Positions 7,392-18,031 are shown, counted from the first letter of the stretch. The stretch is DNA of 64,000 nucleotides from Candidatus Bathyarchaeia archaeon (GCA_038883775.1 JAVZLM010000009.1:1-64000), one strand, 5' to 3'. Numbers and translations: made by a program. Notes: generated from the sequence alone by a model not told the origin.

Positions 7392-8285
7392 TTAAATTAG
7401 CAAATCATCCAAACCCACAAAATCCTTTGAAATTACAGCTCTAACACCCTTCTTTGGATCCACAACCTGATTTATAGCCAAATCCACGGCAAGGCTCCCA
7501 AACATATACGCTTCCTCAAAACCCCACCCATACTTACGCATAAAAGCATTAACAGCTGCCTCAGCCGCAAATTCCGCAGCTTCGTCTAAAGTTTCACCAC
7601 AAACCAACAAAGCATATTCCCTTTTTGTTTCTAAAATGGGCCATTCTGGTTTTCTTCCCTTTATAACATCAAATTTCAATAATATTTCACTAGCCACCTC
7701 AACAGAAGAAACGCACAATTCACCATCAGCCTGAGCTGCATGAACATCACCAGCAGCGAATAAAGCGCCTTCCACAAATATTGGCAGATACAGCTTTGCT
7801 CCAGCTGTAATCTCTTTAAAGTCCATGTTCCCACCGTGCTTTCCAAGAGAACCCGTGGGGATTTCACCAGATTCTGGGGCCGCCCCAATCGTGCCTATCA
7901 TCGGCTTCACTTTAACTTTAATATCGCCAAAGTAAATGTATCCATTCTTTATTTTCACAATTTTAGTGTAAGGATTAAAATTCTTACTGCCCAAAACTCC
8001 ACTCTTTGGAACAACAACCATGACGCCTTCATTCGCAATCTTCACATCTAAAATCTCAACAACAAGCGTATCCCCAGCGTCCGCGCCTTCAACATAAACT
8101 GGACCAGTCGCCCCATTAACCTTCGCCCAATCTAAATTTTCCATAGAACCCCCCTCGCTTCTTATCTGCCCACCCAAGGCATCCACAGTTTCAAGCAAAA
8201 CCTCCTCTTCCGGCTTAACTTTTAAGGCTGGCTTATGCCTCGAAGAAAACGTGTACACCACATTATTCGTCGAAACCACCTTCAT
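7392..8285 (-). CDS. Acetamidase/formamidase family protein
   Basis: TGPVYVEGA..GDTL, PMIGTIG, HGGNMD, GDVHAAQADGE. Confidence 0.93.
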   Translation of the reverse strand: MKVVSTNNVVYTFSSRHKPALKVKPEEEVLLETVDALGGQIRSEGGSMENLDWAKVNGATGPVYVEGADAGDTLVVEILDVKIANEGVMVVVPKSGVLGSKNFNPYTKIVKIKNGYIYFGDIKVKVKPMIGTIGAAPESGEIPTGSLGKHGGNMDFKEITAGAKLYLPIFVEGALFAAGDVHAAQADGELCVSSVEVASEILLKFDVIKGRKPEWPILETKREYALLVCGETLDEAAEFAAEAAVNAFMRKYGWGFEEAYMFGSLAVDLAINQVVDPKKGVRAVISKDFVGLDDLLI

Positions 8286-8383
8286 GAGTCACACCCTCAA
8301 ACTTTAATTCGCTATAAATTCATATACAACTTCTATATTTTGCTTTCACAACAGTTATCGGTTTTGCTGTTTCAACTACCTCT

Positions 8384-8839
8384 ATGATTCCGAATCAAAA
8401 CAAAGCTCTTCTTCTAATTTTGATTATAACCTTCATGATTATCCAATCAGCAAAAGCAACATCAACAAGCTTCAACGTGTCCAGCAACCAAGAAATAACC
8501 AAAACATTGCAACTTAAAGTTGAAGACCATGTTCTCATCCACTTCACAGTTGTCGGAGGTGAAAACGCCATCTATTTCATTCTGATATATCCAAACGGAA
8601 CCCAAATAGATTTTGGAAAAACAGGCTATTTCCATTACACATTTGTCTGCGATTTGGAAGGCAACTACACTTTACGCTTTTCTAATACCGACTCTTCCAT
8701 AGACAAGCTTGTAACTTTAGACTATGAAATTGAACATTATATTTTTGGCATTCCACAAATGCTATTCCTCACAATAATTATCGCAGTTGTCTGCGTAATC
8801 GCAGTAGTATCCTTTATCTTCCTAAGCAAAACCCACTAA
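8384..8839 (+). CDS. emp24/gp25L/p24 (GOLD-like) single-pass membrane protein
   Basis: Signal peptide; beta-rich domain with F.YTF...EGNYTLRFSN..S..DKLVTLDY; C-terminal TM. Confidence 0.6.
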   Translation: MIPNQNKALLLILIITFMIIQSAKATSTSFNVSSNQEITKTLQLKVEDHVLIHFTVVGGENAIYFILIYPNGTQIDFGKTGYFHYTFVCDLEGNYTLRFSNTDSSIDKLVTLDYEIEHYIFGIPQMLFLTIIIAVVCVIAVVSFIFLSKTH

Positions 8840-8933
8840 AATTATGATTCAAACTACATATAGGCAATCATGTTTCAGATTATGTAAATCATTTATATTA
8901 ACCCACAATTAATATCAATCCGCAGTGGAAAGC

Positions 8934-9851
8934 ATGCTTGTCACAAACAAAGACTTATTATTAAAAGCTAAACGTGAAGCCTATGCAGTAGGCGCCTTTA
9001 ACATCCAAAATCTCGAAAGCCTCCAAGCAGTTGTGGAAGCCGCTGTTGAAGAAAAATCTCCAGTAATAATTGCGATTACACCAAGCGCCATAAAATACGG
9101 CGGTCTCGCTTACCTAACAAAAATTGCCAAAACAGCAGCCGAAACCATTCCAGTACCTATGTCCATCCACCTCGACCACGGCGAAGACTTCGAAACAGTT
9201 AAGCAATGCATCGAAGCTGGCTTTACCTCAGTCATGATTGACGGCTCCTTCCTAAAATTTGAGGAAAACATTGCCCTAACAAAGCGTGTCGTTGAATTCG
9301 CCCATCCAAAAGGAGTTTCCGTAGAAGCCGAGCTTGGAAGGCTTGCCAGTGTAGAAGAGAAAACTGTTGAGGAGAAGGAGGCTGTTTTAACAGACCCAGA
9401 GGCGGCTAAAGAGTTTGTTGGGCGGACAGGCGTTGATGCGCTTGCAGTAGCCATCGGCACTTCCCACGGAGCCTACAAATTCAAAGGCGAACCAAAACTC
9501 GACTTTGAGAGGTTAAAAAGCATAAGCCAAAAAGTTGACGTGCCACTGGTTCTTCATGGAGCCTCAAGCGTTCCCAAATGGATAATTGAAAAAGCCCAAA
9601 AATACGGCGCCGAACTTGCAGGCGCAAGGGGCATACCAGAAGACCACATTAGAAAGGCAATTTCGCTTGGCATAACAAAAATAAACATAGACACAGACTT
9701 GCGCCTAGCTTTCACAGCTACAATACGCGAAGTTCTAACAAATATGCCAAAAGAATTTGACCCGAGAAAAATTTTGGGTCCAGCAAAAGAAGCCATGAAA
9801 GAAGTTGTTAAGGGTAAAATGCGGTTATTTGGAAGCTCAGGAAAAGCCTAA
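8934..9851 (+). CDS. fba: Class II fructose-1,6-bisphosphate aldolase
   Basis: YAVGAFN, HLDHG, SVMIDGS, VEAELG, GTSHGAYK, LVLHGAS, KINIDTD. Confidence 0.96.
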   Translation: MLVTNKDLLLKAKREAYAVGAFNIQNLESLQAVVEAAVEEKSPVIIAITPSAIKYGGLAYLTKIAKTAAETIPVPMSIHLDHGEDFETVKQCIEAGFTSVMIDGSFLKFEENIALTKRVVEFAHPKGVSVEAELGRLASVEEKTVEEKEAVLTDPEAAKEFVGRTGVDALAVAIGTSHGAYKFKGEPKLDFERLKSISQKVDVPLVLHGASSVPKWIIEKAQKYGAELAGARGIPEDHIRKAISLGITKINIDTDLRLAFTATIREVLTNMPKEFDPRKILGPAKEAMKEVVKGKMRLFGSSGKA

Positions 9852-9865
9852 AAGAGGCAAATAAA

Positions 9866-10894
9866 ATGAAGGTTGGAATATTAAGTGGAGGCGGAGACGC
9901 TCCGGGAATAAACGCTGTTATACGAGCAGTTGCAAGAAAAGGAATTCAACAGTACAACTACGAAATTGTTGGCATAAAGGATGGATGGCGCGGACTCCTC
10001 GAAGGCGAATTCATACCCTTAGACCTAAAGTCTGTCTCCGGAATCCTTCCACGAGGCGGCTCAATTTTAGGAACATCCCGCACAAACCCGTTTAAACACG
10101 AAAATGGACCCGAAAAAATAATGGAAAACGCTGAAAAAGCCCAAATAGGCGCCGTTGTTGTTATTGGCGGTGATGACACATTAAGCGTAGCTCACAAAAT
10201 GGCTGATTTCGGACTAAAATGCGTAGGCGTTCCAAAAACAATAGACAACGACTTAAGCGGTACCGATTACACTTTTGGCTTCAACACAGCCGTATCCATA
10301 GCCACAGAAGCCCTTGATAGGCTCCACACAACAGCCGAAACCCACCGCAGAGTTATAATTCTCGAAGTTATGGGACGCTATACTGGCTGGATAGCCTTAG
10401 AAGCTGGAATTGCAGGAGGCGCAGACGTCATACTAATACCTGAAAAACCCTTTGATGTGGACGAGGTTTGCGAATACATTAAACGCAGACACGAGAGAGG
10501 ACGAAACTTCAGTATAATTGTCGTTGCTGAAGGCGCCAAACCGAAAGGTGGAAAAGAAATTGTTTACAGCGAAACCATTGACGAGTTTGGACACATACGC
10601 TTTGGAGGAATAGGCTATTACCTTGGAAAAGAAATTGAAAAACGCCTAAACATTGAAACCCGCGTCGTAGTTTTGGGACATATTCAACGGGGCGGTTCAC
10701 CAACAGCCTTCGACAGAATTTTAGCCACACGCTTCGGAATAGCAGCAGTGGACTTTGTGAATGAGAGAAAGTTTGGGCATATGGTGGCTTTACAAGGAAA
10801 TAAAATCGTTTCTGTCCCATTAAGGGATGTTGTTGGAAAAAGGAAAACCGTTAACTTAGAACTTTATGAGATAGCAAAAGTTTTCTTTGGTTAA
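9866..10894 (+). CDS. pfp: PfkA-family 6-phosphofructokinase, PPi-type signature
   Basis: GGGDAPG, GGDDT, PKTIDND, EVMGR, GHIQRGG. Confidence 0.85.
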   Translation: MKVGILSGGGDAPGINAVIRAVARKGIQQYNYEIVGIKDGWRGLLEGEFIPLDLKSVSGILPRGGSILGTSRTNPFKHENGPEKIMENAEKAQIGAVVVIGGDDTLSVAHKMADFGLKCVGVPKTIDNDLSGTDYTFGFNTAVSIATEALDRLHTTAETHRRVIILEVMGRYTGWIALEAGIAGGADVILIPEKPFDVDEVCEYIKRRHERGRNFSIIVVAEGAKPKGGKEIVYSETIDEFGHIRFGGIGYYLGKEIEKRLNIETRVVVLGHIQRGGSPTAFDRILATRFGIAAVDFVNERKFGHMVALQGNKIVSVPLRDVVGKRKTVNLELYEIAKVFFG

Positions 10895-10899
10895 AGGGA

Positions 10900-11862
10900 T
10901 TAGGTTGCTAGCACTTTAGCCAATTTTAGAAGATTTAAATCTAAAGGTTTTTCTTTGGTGCATGATTCTTCAAGGTCTGTATTTGTTATTTTTCCATTCT
11001 GCAGTCCAACAATTCTGCTTCCTTTTCCCTTCAGAAAAAGTTCCACGGCATGGTTTGCGAAGAGGCTGGCTAAGAGTCTGCTTCTTGCTGTGGGGTTTCC
11101 ACCCCTTTGAGCGTAGCCTAAAATGCTAAGTCTAACCTCTGTGCCCGTATGCCTCTGAATTTCCTTTGCAATTCTACGCGTGTCGCCGATGCCTTCTGCT
11201 GCCACAATTATGCCTGAACGTTTCCCTTTTGCACTATTTTCTTTGATGACCTTATAAATTTCCTCTATGCTTAGTTTTTCTTCTGGAACCAAAATTACTT
11301 CTGCGCCAACAGTTAAGCCTACAGTTGCGGCAAGGAATCCTCTTGTTCTTCCCATGACTTCGACTATGAAAATTCTTTCATGAGATATGGCTGTGTCTCG
11401 AATTTTGTCAATTTCAGAAACCGCTGTGTTCACCGCAGTGTCAAAACCTATGGTTTCTTCTGTGCCATAAACGTCATTGTCTATTGTTGCTGGAACTCCA
11501 ATTATGAGCGTTTCTGTTTGTCTGCTTAATTCTAAAGCGCCTTTGAAGGAACCGTTGCCGCCAATGACAATTAAACCGTCAACCTTGTTGAGTGCGAGAA
11601 TTTCAGCAGCCTTCTTTAACCCCTCTTTCCTCTTAAATTGTGGGCATCGTGAAGTGCGGAGTATTGTGCCTCCCAACTGGATTATGCCGCCCACCAAACG
11701 GGGATTAAGCTCCACAAAATTGTTTGTTAACAAGCCTTCCCATCCCCTTTCAAAACCAAAAACCCTTAAACCATTCGCATATGCAATGCGCACAATGGCG
11801 CGAATAGCAGCATTCATTCCAGGAGCATCTCCACCACTCGTAACAACACCTATCCTTTTCAA
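10900..11862 (-). CDS. pfkA: PfkA-family 6-phosphofructokinase, ATP-type signature
   Basis: TSGGDAPGMN, GGNGS, PATIDND, EVMGR, GYAQRGG. Confidence 0.9.
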   Translation of the reverse strand: MKRIGVVTSGGDAPGMNAAIRAIVRIAYANGLRVFGFERGWEGLLTNNFVELNPRLVGGIIQLGGTILRTSRCPQFKRKEGLKKAAEILALNKVDGLIVIGGNGSFKGALELSRQTETLIIGVPATIDNDVYGTEETIGFDTAVNTAVSEIDKIRDTAISHERIFIVEVMGRTRGFLAATVGLTVGAEVILVPEEKLSIEEIYKVIKENSAKGKRSGIIVAAEGIGDTRRIAKEIQRHTGTEVRLSILGYAQRGGNPTARSRLLASLFANHAVELFLKGKGSRIVGLQNGKITNTDLEESCTKEKPLDLNLLKLAKVLAT

Positions 11863-11954
11863 ATTCCACCCATCTCCAAATTTAGAACAGCTTTAAACAA
11901 AATATGTTGTTACGACAAAAATAATTTGCCCCATTTCACAAATGCTTTTACAAG

Positions 11955-12284
11955 GTGGAGCGTTTGGAAAAAGATTATGTAATCGTCTTGGTGACAACAG
12001 CAAACAGGGAAGAGGCTGAAAAAATTTCGAAAGCTTTGCTTAACGAAAAATTGATTGCATGCGTCAACATAATCGGTTCATTACACTCGCTTTTCTGGTG
12101 GCATGAAAAAATCGAAAAGGCAGAAGAATGCATGCTTTTGATGAAAACTTGCTCTAAGATGTTTGAAAAAATTACTGAAAAAGTCAAGGCGCTGCACAGC
12201 TATGAAATCCCAGAAATAATAACCATACCAATCACAAAAGGATTCAAACCCTACTTAGAATGGCTCAACAATTCACTAAGGTAA
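11955..12284 (+). CDS. cutA: Divalent-cation tolerance protein CutA
   Basis: LIACVN, S.FWW..KIE, LHSYEIPEI, YLEWL. Confidence 0.95.
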   Translation: MERLEKDYVIVLVTTANREEAEKISKALLNEKLIACVNIIGSLHSLFWWHEKIEKAEECMLLMKTCSKMFEKITEKVKALHSYEIPEIITIPITKGFKPYLEWLNNSLR

Positions 12285-12319
12285 AGTTTTATACTTTCGA
12301 ATATGCTTCAGAATGTTTT

Positions 12320-12637
12320 GGCGGTGGGTCTTAGGCGGGGGGCTAGGGGTCCCCTGTACCGTAAACCCTCTATACGACGGGCCGAAAGCTGAGGCTGAGG
12401 CGTCCGTGGCCGCCTAAACCCTTCACTCCGAGGCAAAGACTACCCGTCCCTTGGGGCTGGCGGTCGCTGGGCTGCTTCCGTAGGGAAGCTGTCTCCGGCG
12501 TTTGCCAGGTGAACCTGGCCAGGCCCGGGAGGGAGCAACCTAAGTCTGGACGTTTAGCGCTCAAGGGGGTGCGGGTACGAGTGTAGGTTTGATGGGTTGA
12601 GCGGATTCTGGACGTCGAACCTCAGTGATCCACCGCC
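12320..12637 (+). ncRNA. ffs: Archaeal signal recognition particle (7S) RNA
   Basis: Terminal helix GGCGGTGG/CCACCGCC followed by a T-run; helix-8 motif CCAGG-CCC-GGGA-GGG-AGCAA; ~318 nt GC-rich. Confidence 0.93.
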
Positions 12638-12679
12638 TTTTAAATATGGCATGAGGCTTGTATATTATTGTGAATTGGT

Positions 12680-14191
12680 ATGGGTTTTCCTGAAAAGTTT
12701 CTTTGGGGCGTATCTGAAAGCGGTTTCCAATTTGAGATGGGAGATTCTGCTGGAAAAAATATAGACCCAAATACGGATTGGTATGTTTGGGTTCATGACG
12801 CCCAAAACATAAGGAACGGCTTGATAAGCGGTGACTTACCAGAAAATGGAATAGATTACTGGAGCTTATATGAGAAAGACCATAATGTGGCTAAAAGGTT
12901 AGGGTTGAATGCTTACAGGATTGGAGTTGAGTGGAGTAGAATCTTTCCAAAAAGCACAAAGACAGTTGAGATTGGCGTTGAGTATGCTTCTGATGGCAAT
13001 TTTTCCCGGATAAACGTTGACGATAAGGCATTGGGAGAGCTTGAAAAGTTAGCAAACAAAGAAGCTTTAAATCATTATAGGGCTATGATAGAAGATTTGA
13101 GAGAAAAGGGCTTCACAGTGTTTGTATGTCTAAACCATTTTACGCTTCCCTTGTGGATTCATGATCCTATAACTGTTCGCAATACCAAGCTAAAGAGGGG
13201 TGCAAAAGGATGGCTTGACAAACAAACCATAATCGAGTTCACCAAGTATGCGGCTTACGTGGCATGGAGCTTTGGAGACATCGTTGACAATTGGGCGGTT
13301 TTTAATGAGCCTATGGCTGTATGTGAAGCCGGTTATATAATTCCGGAGTCTGGTTTTCCGCCTGGAATACGCAGTTTCAAGGCTGTTAAAGAAGTAGCTA
13401 AAAACATGGCTGTTGCATATGCTCGAGTCTACGATATCATAAAAAGAGTGGATACTGTTAAAGCAGATGAGGATAGCCCAAGCCCAGCAAATGTGGGTTT
13501 AATACATAATGTGATACCAGCAAAACCTTTCGATGAAAAAGAAGAGCTTCACGTGAAGGCGGCTAAATTTATGGATAACATGCATAATCACTTCTTTCCT
13601 CAAGCCATAGTCCATGGCTGGTTGGATGAAAACTTTAATGGAATACGAGAAAAGGGAGAAGCGAAAGACTATTTAGGGCATCGTCTTGACTGGCTTGGCA
13701 TAAACTACTACACAAGATTTGTGATTAAGGGTGGAAAATCATTTTTAGCCAAAATTTTTGCTGGAATCCCAGCCATTCCAGAAATAGTACAAAATTATGG
13801 TTTTGCATGCAAACCAAACAGCAAATCAGCCGACGGCATGCCCACTTCAGATCTTGGATGGGAGGTCTTTCCAGAAGGCATGCTTGAAGCTTTAAAAATA
13901 ATGAAGAGATACGAGTGCCCACTTTACGTGACGGAAAATGGAATAGCAGACGAAAAAGACGAGCTTAGACAAAAATTTATTGCTGACCACTGGAGAATGC
14001 TTGAAAAGGCTCTAAATGAGGAGAAAATCAATGTTCGTGGCTATTTCCACTGGTCTTTGACCGACAATTATGAGTGGGCTAAAGGTTTCAAAATGAAATT
14101 CGGCTTGTTTGCTGTTGACCTCGAAACCAAAAAGCGAACTATGCGAAGAAGCGCAAAAATGTATAAGAAAATAATTGATTTAAATAAATGA
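12680..14191 (+). CDS. bgaS: GH1 beta-glycosidase (BgaS/LacS-like)
   Basis: FLWGVSESGFQFEMG, NEP acid/base, TENG nucleophile, WSLTDNYEWA.GF. Confidence 0.93.
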   Translation: MGFPEKFLWGVSESGFQFEMGDSAGKNIDPNTDWYVWVHDAQNIRNGLISGDLPENGIDYWSLYEKDHNVAKRLGLNAYRIGVEWSRIFPKSTKTVEIGVEYASDGNFSRINVDDKALGELEKLANKEALNHYRAMIEDLREKGFTVFVCLNHFTLPLWIHDPITVRNTKLKRGAKGWLDKQTIIEFTKYAAYVAWSFGDIVDNWAVFNEPMAVCEAGYIIPESGFPPGIRSFKAVKEVAKNMAVAYARVYDIIKRVDTVKADEDSPSPANVGLIHNVIPAKPFDEKEELHVKAAKFMDNMHNHFFPQAIVHGWLDENFNGIREKGEAKDYLGHRLDWLGINYYTRFVIKGGKSFLAKIFAGIPAIPEIVQNYGFACKPNSKSADGMPTSDLGWEVFPEGMLEALKIMKRYECPLYVTENGIADEKDELRQKFIADHWRMLEKALNEEKINVRGYFHWSLTDNYEWAKGFKMKFGLFAVDLETKKRTMRRSAKMYKKIIDLNK

Positions 14192-14329
14192 AATGTTTTG
14201 AACAATGCCTAATTTTTAAAATTATTGAGAAAATTCTATTTCATAGTTACGACTCATAGTTTGCCACAATCCTAAAGAAACATTCGGTTTAAAGCTAAAC
14301 ATACTTATATCACATTTTCTATTAGGTCT

Positions 14330-15103
14330 ATGCAACAAAGGAACCCCAAAATGGTTTGCACCATACAAATCATTGAAAAACCAAAACTCAATAACCCAAT
14401 CTTAATTGAGGGTTTGCCTGGAATAGGATTTGTAGCCAACATTGCAGCCCTCCACTTAATCCATGAATTAAAGGCTAAACTTTTCGCGGAAATTTTCTCA
14501 GATTCCTTCCAAGATTTGGCAGTCACGACAGAAGCAGGAAGTGCCCGTTCTCCAATAAATGAGTTATACTATTACAAATCCTCCGATAATAAGCGGGACT
14601 TAATTATATGGTATGGCAACACCCAAGCCCTAACAACTTTTGGACAGTATGAGCTTTGTTGGCGCGTTTTGGATATAGCCAAAGAATTAGGGTGCCAATT
14701 TATTATAACACTTGGCGGCTTCAAAAAAGACGAAGTAAAAACACCGCCAGAAATCTACTGCGCAGCTTCAGACCCAGAAACGTTAAACGAAATCTTAAGC
14801 CTGGGCGCCAAAATGATGGTTGGACAAATATTCGGCGTTGCTGGTCTGTTAATAGGACTTGGCAAACTTAGAGGGGTTAGGGGCTTCTCCCTTTTAGTGG
14901 AAACTTTGGGCACTTATCCAGATGCGAACGCCACGAAATATGCCTTAGAGGCTTTAAACAAGTTTTTGGGCATAAACGTGGATTTGTCAAGGTTGGATAC
15001 TGCTGCGGAGAAGACTGAAAAAATATTGGAATCCTTCGGTTTGATTAGAACCATGGAAGAGGAAAAGAAGAAGGAAGAACAAAAGTTCCGCTGGTTCGTT
15101 TAG
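14330..15103 (+). CDS. PAC2-family proteasome assembly chaperone
   Basis: ILIEGLPGIGFVANIAA, ITLGG, G.IFGVAGLL, LVETLG.YPD. Confidence 0.88.
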   Translation: MQQRNPKMVCTIQIIEKPKLNNPILIEGLPGIGFVANIAALHLIHELKAKLFAEIFSDSFQDLAVTTEAGSARSPINELYYYKSSDNKRDLIIWYGNTQALTTFGQYELCWRVLDIAKELGCQFIITLGGFKKDEVKTPPEIYCAASDPETLNEILSLGAKMMVGQIFGVAGLLIGLGKLRGVRGFSLLVETLGTYPDANATKYALEALNKFLGINVDLSRLDTAAEKTEKILESFGLIRTMEEEKKKEEQKFRWFV

Positions 15104-17214
15104 CTTTTACATGCGTCATAGAAATTTTCAATTCTGCCGAGGATCTTCTCTATCCTCCAGTGAGTTTTCATTTCGTGTTTCCATTCCCTTGGAAGTTTGT
15201 GTTTGAATTTTCCAGCGGCACGTCCATCCATAATAATGATCACGCCCTTGTCTTCCGGACTGCGCAAGAGTCTACCAGCAGACTGCGCCAGCGCATTTAA
15301 GCATGGAATGTCATTGGCATATTCTATTGCTTTCGCTCCAAACTTTTCCTTAAAATATTCGTAAACGGCAGCTTGGAGTTCCGTCTTTTTTGGATACGGC
15401 AAGCCAACGACAACCACAGCGGACAACATGCTTCTTCCTCCAGTGGACATGTCAACTCCCTCGCTTATTTTGCCTCTGGCAACTCCAAAAACCACACAGC
15501 GTTCATGTTCTTTCAAAAATTGAAGCACATCTAAAATTCCGGTGCCCCGCTGTTCCACGATGAAGGGCAAGTCAAACTTTGCAATGTTTGCGATTTCCTG
15601 CATAACCTCGTAAGAGGGAAAGTAAACGGCTACTCTTCCATCAATTTTGTTGATTATCTGTTTAAGGCGTTTAGCGATTCTTTTCCATTGGATTTGGTTG
15701 CGTTTCTCAAACTTTGTTGTAACCGCCTTATCCACTATGATAAGCCTGTTTTCTGGTGGGAAGGGACTTGGAAGTTCCAGGGTTTCACAGCGTTTCCTTT
15801 CAATTCCCAAAACATCCATGTAATAGTTCATGTGCCAAAGGGTTCCAGACATAAGGATGGTGGAACGAAGCTTATTAATTATGCTTGCGGCTAAAGCCGG
15901 GTCCAAGCAGCGAATTCCAATTTTTACGCTTTTTCTGCCGTCTCTATCGATTCCAACATTCACGTAGCGAACATAACTTGAACCAGTTAGGCTAACCCAA
16001 TCTGAAAGAAAACTTGCAACTCTCGATAAATATGAAATTGGACTTTTGCCAACTTCCGCTCTCTTATGCCTAACAGTTTCGCCTTTGTCTGAGAGGTCGG
16101 AGATTAACTCTATTAGTTTATCAGCATCAAATTTTAACTCTTTTAATATCGCATCAATTATGACGTTCTTTCCAACTATGTGCTCAAAATCCACACCATA
16201 CTTTTTGTAAATTTTCTTTCCAATTTTAACCATCACGTCATATAAAGCGTCCAAAAAGCCGAAGTCGTCCAGACAAAAAGTTTCAACTTCCTTCAAAGCC
16301 CTTCTAACAGAAGTTGATGAGAGTTCGTCTGAAAATATGCCAGCAGCATAGTAGGGTAGGCTGTGGGCTTCGTCGAAAACGCAATTGACATCATTTATGC
16401 GCCATCCAGCCTTTCCTAAAATTGACCCTCTAACAGAATCCACAAGAAGGTAATTGTAATTGCCTATGATAATGTCAGCATACTTCGCAAGAATTTTTGT
16501 AGCCTCATAGGGACAGATTTCTTTATCGCGGCAAATCGCATAAACCTCATCTGGCATTAGGGGACCAATTTCTCTAATCTTATTAATGACAGCGTAAGCA
16601 TGCCAACTTGGCTTCCACCCACTGTAGGTTCGCTCATAATACTTACATGTTTTTCCAAAGACGCCTTCCTTCAAACCCTTACAGTAATAAAGAAAATCAC
16701 GGTAGCTTATGTCCCTCAGTTTCGGGTCTTCCAAAGCGTAGGGACACATTTCCTTTTTACTCTTAAAAACTGAAGCAACAAAACTCGTATGGCAGTGTTC
16801 TTTTATGCTTTTAAGTTCTCTACAATAGATTTCAAGCTGGTTTCTGGTTCTTGTTAAGGCAAGAAGTCTGCCCACGGAATCGTTCCATTCCTTAGCCATG
16901 AAGAAGGCTGTTAATACGGAAATGGATTTCCCTGTGCCGCAAGGCGAAGACAACAAACCTATCTTTCCATTTCTAATAACGTCAAAGTTGAATTTTATAG
17001 CGTCAAGCTGGAAGGGGCGAAAGTTTGGGTAAGGAAAGAATTCTTTAACCAATTTCTTAAAATCAGCTTTCCTTTCCACTTTTGCCTCCGACATCCGAGT
17101 AAGCAAGGTTCCGCATCGTTCACAAAAGTGGCTTTCTTCATAATCTTCAATAGAGTAGGTTTCGCCGCATCGGCGACAAACAAATACCTCTTGAGATTTT
17201 TCAGTCATAATCAT
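15100..17214 (-). CDS. xpd: XPD/Rad3-family FeS DNA helicase with N-terminal Zn ribbon
   Basis: SPCGTGKS, FeS Cys cluster, DEAH, MSGTL, SEGVD, QSAGRLLRSPEDKG; CxxC...CxxC at the N-terminus. Confidence 0.9.
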   Translation of the reverse strand: MIMTEKSQEVFVCRRCGETYSIEDYEESHFCERCGTLLTRMSEAKVERKADFKKLVKEFFPYPNFRPFQLDAIKFNFDVIRNGKIGLLSSPCGTGKSISVLTAFFMAKEWNDSVGRLLALTRTRNQLEIYCRELKSIKEHCHTSFVASVFKSKKEMCPYALEDPKLRDISYRDFLYYCKGLKEGVFGKTCKYYERTYSGWKPSWHAYAVINKIREIGPLMPDEVYAICRDKEICPYEATKILAKYADIIIGNYNYLLVDSVRGSILGKAGWRINDVNCVFDEAHSLPYYAAGIFSDELSSTSVRRALKEVETFCLDDFGFLDALYDVMVKIGKKIYKKYGVDFEHIVGKNVIIDAILKELKFDADKLIELISDLSDKGETVRHKRAEVGKSPISYLSRVASFLSDWVSLTGSSYVRYVNVGIDRDGRKSVKIGIRCLDPALAASIINKLRSTILMSGTLWHMNYYMDVLGIERKRCETLELPSPFPPENRLIIVDKAVTTKFEKRNQIQWKRIAKRLKQIINKIDGRVAVYFPSYEVMQEIANIAKFDLPFIVEQRGTGILDVLQFLKEHERCVVFGVARGKISEGVDMSTGGRSMLSAVVVVGLPYPKKTELQAAVYEYFKEKFGAKAIEYANDIPCLNALAQSAGRLLRSPEDKGVIIIMDGRAAGKFKHKLPREWKHEMKTHWRIEKILGRIENFYDACKS

Positions 17215-17966
17215 CCTTTAGCCTCTTTTAAGATGCTTAGCATTTTTTGCGAGTTTGCCAGCATGGCATGGTTGTTGTTGAAGAAGACATAAGCCTTTTT
17301 GGGCTTAACCCTTAAGATTTTTTCCGCCACTTCCCTTAACTCTTCATCCGTGTAAAAGTGGGCGTACCATTCTGTTCTTCCGTGCATTCGCTCATAAACC
17401 AAACCATTAGTGTTAAAAACTTCTGTGGGAAAATCTGGGGAATCAACGCTTACCCAAGTTATTCCAAGCCCAGAAGACCAATCCACCCATTCTTTGCTGA
17501 ACCATTTTAGATTTCGAACTTCAAGGGCAAACCTCTCCTTAAGTTTAGTTTTCTCGAAGAAGCCTTCTATTAATGGAGCAGATTTTGGAGTCATGGATGG
17601 CGGAAGTTGAAACAAATAGAAGTCTATGCTTTGTTCTAATGGTGAGAAAAAGTTTCTAAACTTATTCCATAACTGGAAAGCCTTATCATTAAATTTGAAA
17701 GTGTGGGTTATTAAACGGTTAACCTTAACAGACCATCTAAACCCTTTACCCTTTAAAGTCCAAGACCTAACCATGTTCGGAAAAGGAAAACGATAAAAAC
17801 TCGCATTTAATTCCACAGCATTCAAACTAGAGTTCCTCACATACCAATCGAAATTTCCGTCTCTATTCCAAGAATATGCCCACCCCGAAGTTCCAACGTA
17901 AAATTCCAAACCATTTTCACTAAAAGAATACTTTCGCATAGTAATAAAAGAATTTATTGCCTTCAA
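17211..17966 (-). CDS. DUF72 domain protein
   Basis: VGTSGWAY, VELNASFYR, LFQLPPS, ALEVR, R.HGR, FFNN. Confidence 0.92.
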   Translation of the reverse strand: MKAINSFITMRKYSFSENGLEFYVGTSGWAYSWNRDGNFDWYVRNSSLNAVELNASFYRFPFPNMVRSWTLKGKGFRWSVKVNRLITHTFKFNDKAFQLWNKFRNFFSPLEQSIDFYLFQLPPSMTPKSAPLIEGFFEKTKLKERFALEVRNLKWFSKEWVDWSSGLGITWVSVDSPDFPTEVFNTNGLVYERMHGRTEWYAHFYTDEELREVAEKILRVKPKKAYVFFNNNHAMLANSQKMLSILKEAKG

Positions 17967-18031
17967 GCTTGCAAGAGCATCCTTAGATTTAAGTGCAGCA
18001 TAAACCCTTTTTCATTTTGTGGTGATACGCT

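Noticed and set aside
12370-12770. Minus-strand ORFs of 64 and 69 aa
   Set aside because: Antisense to the SRP RNA and the start of the GH1 gene.
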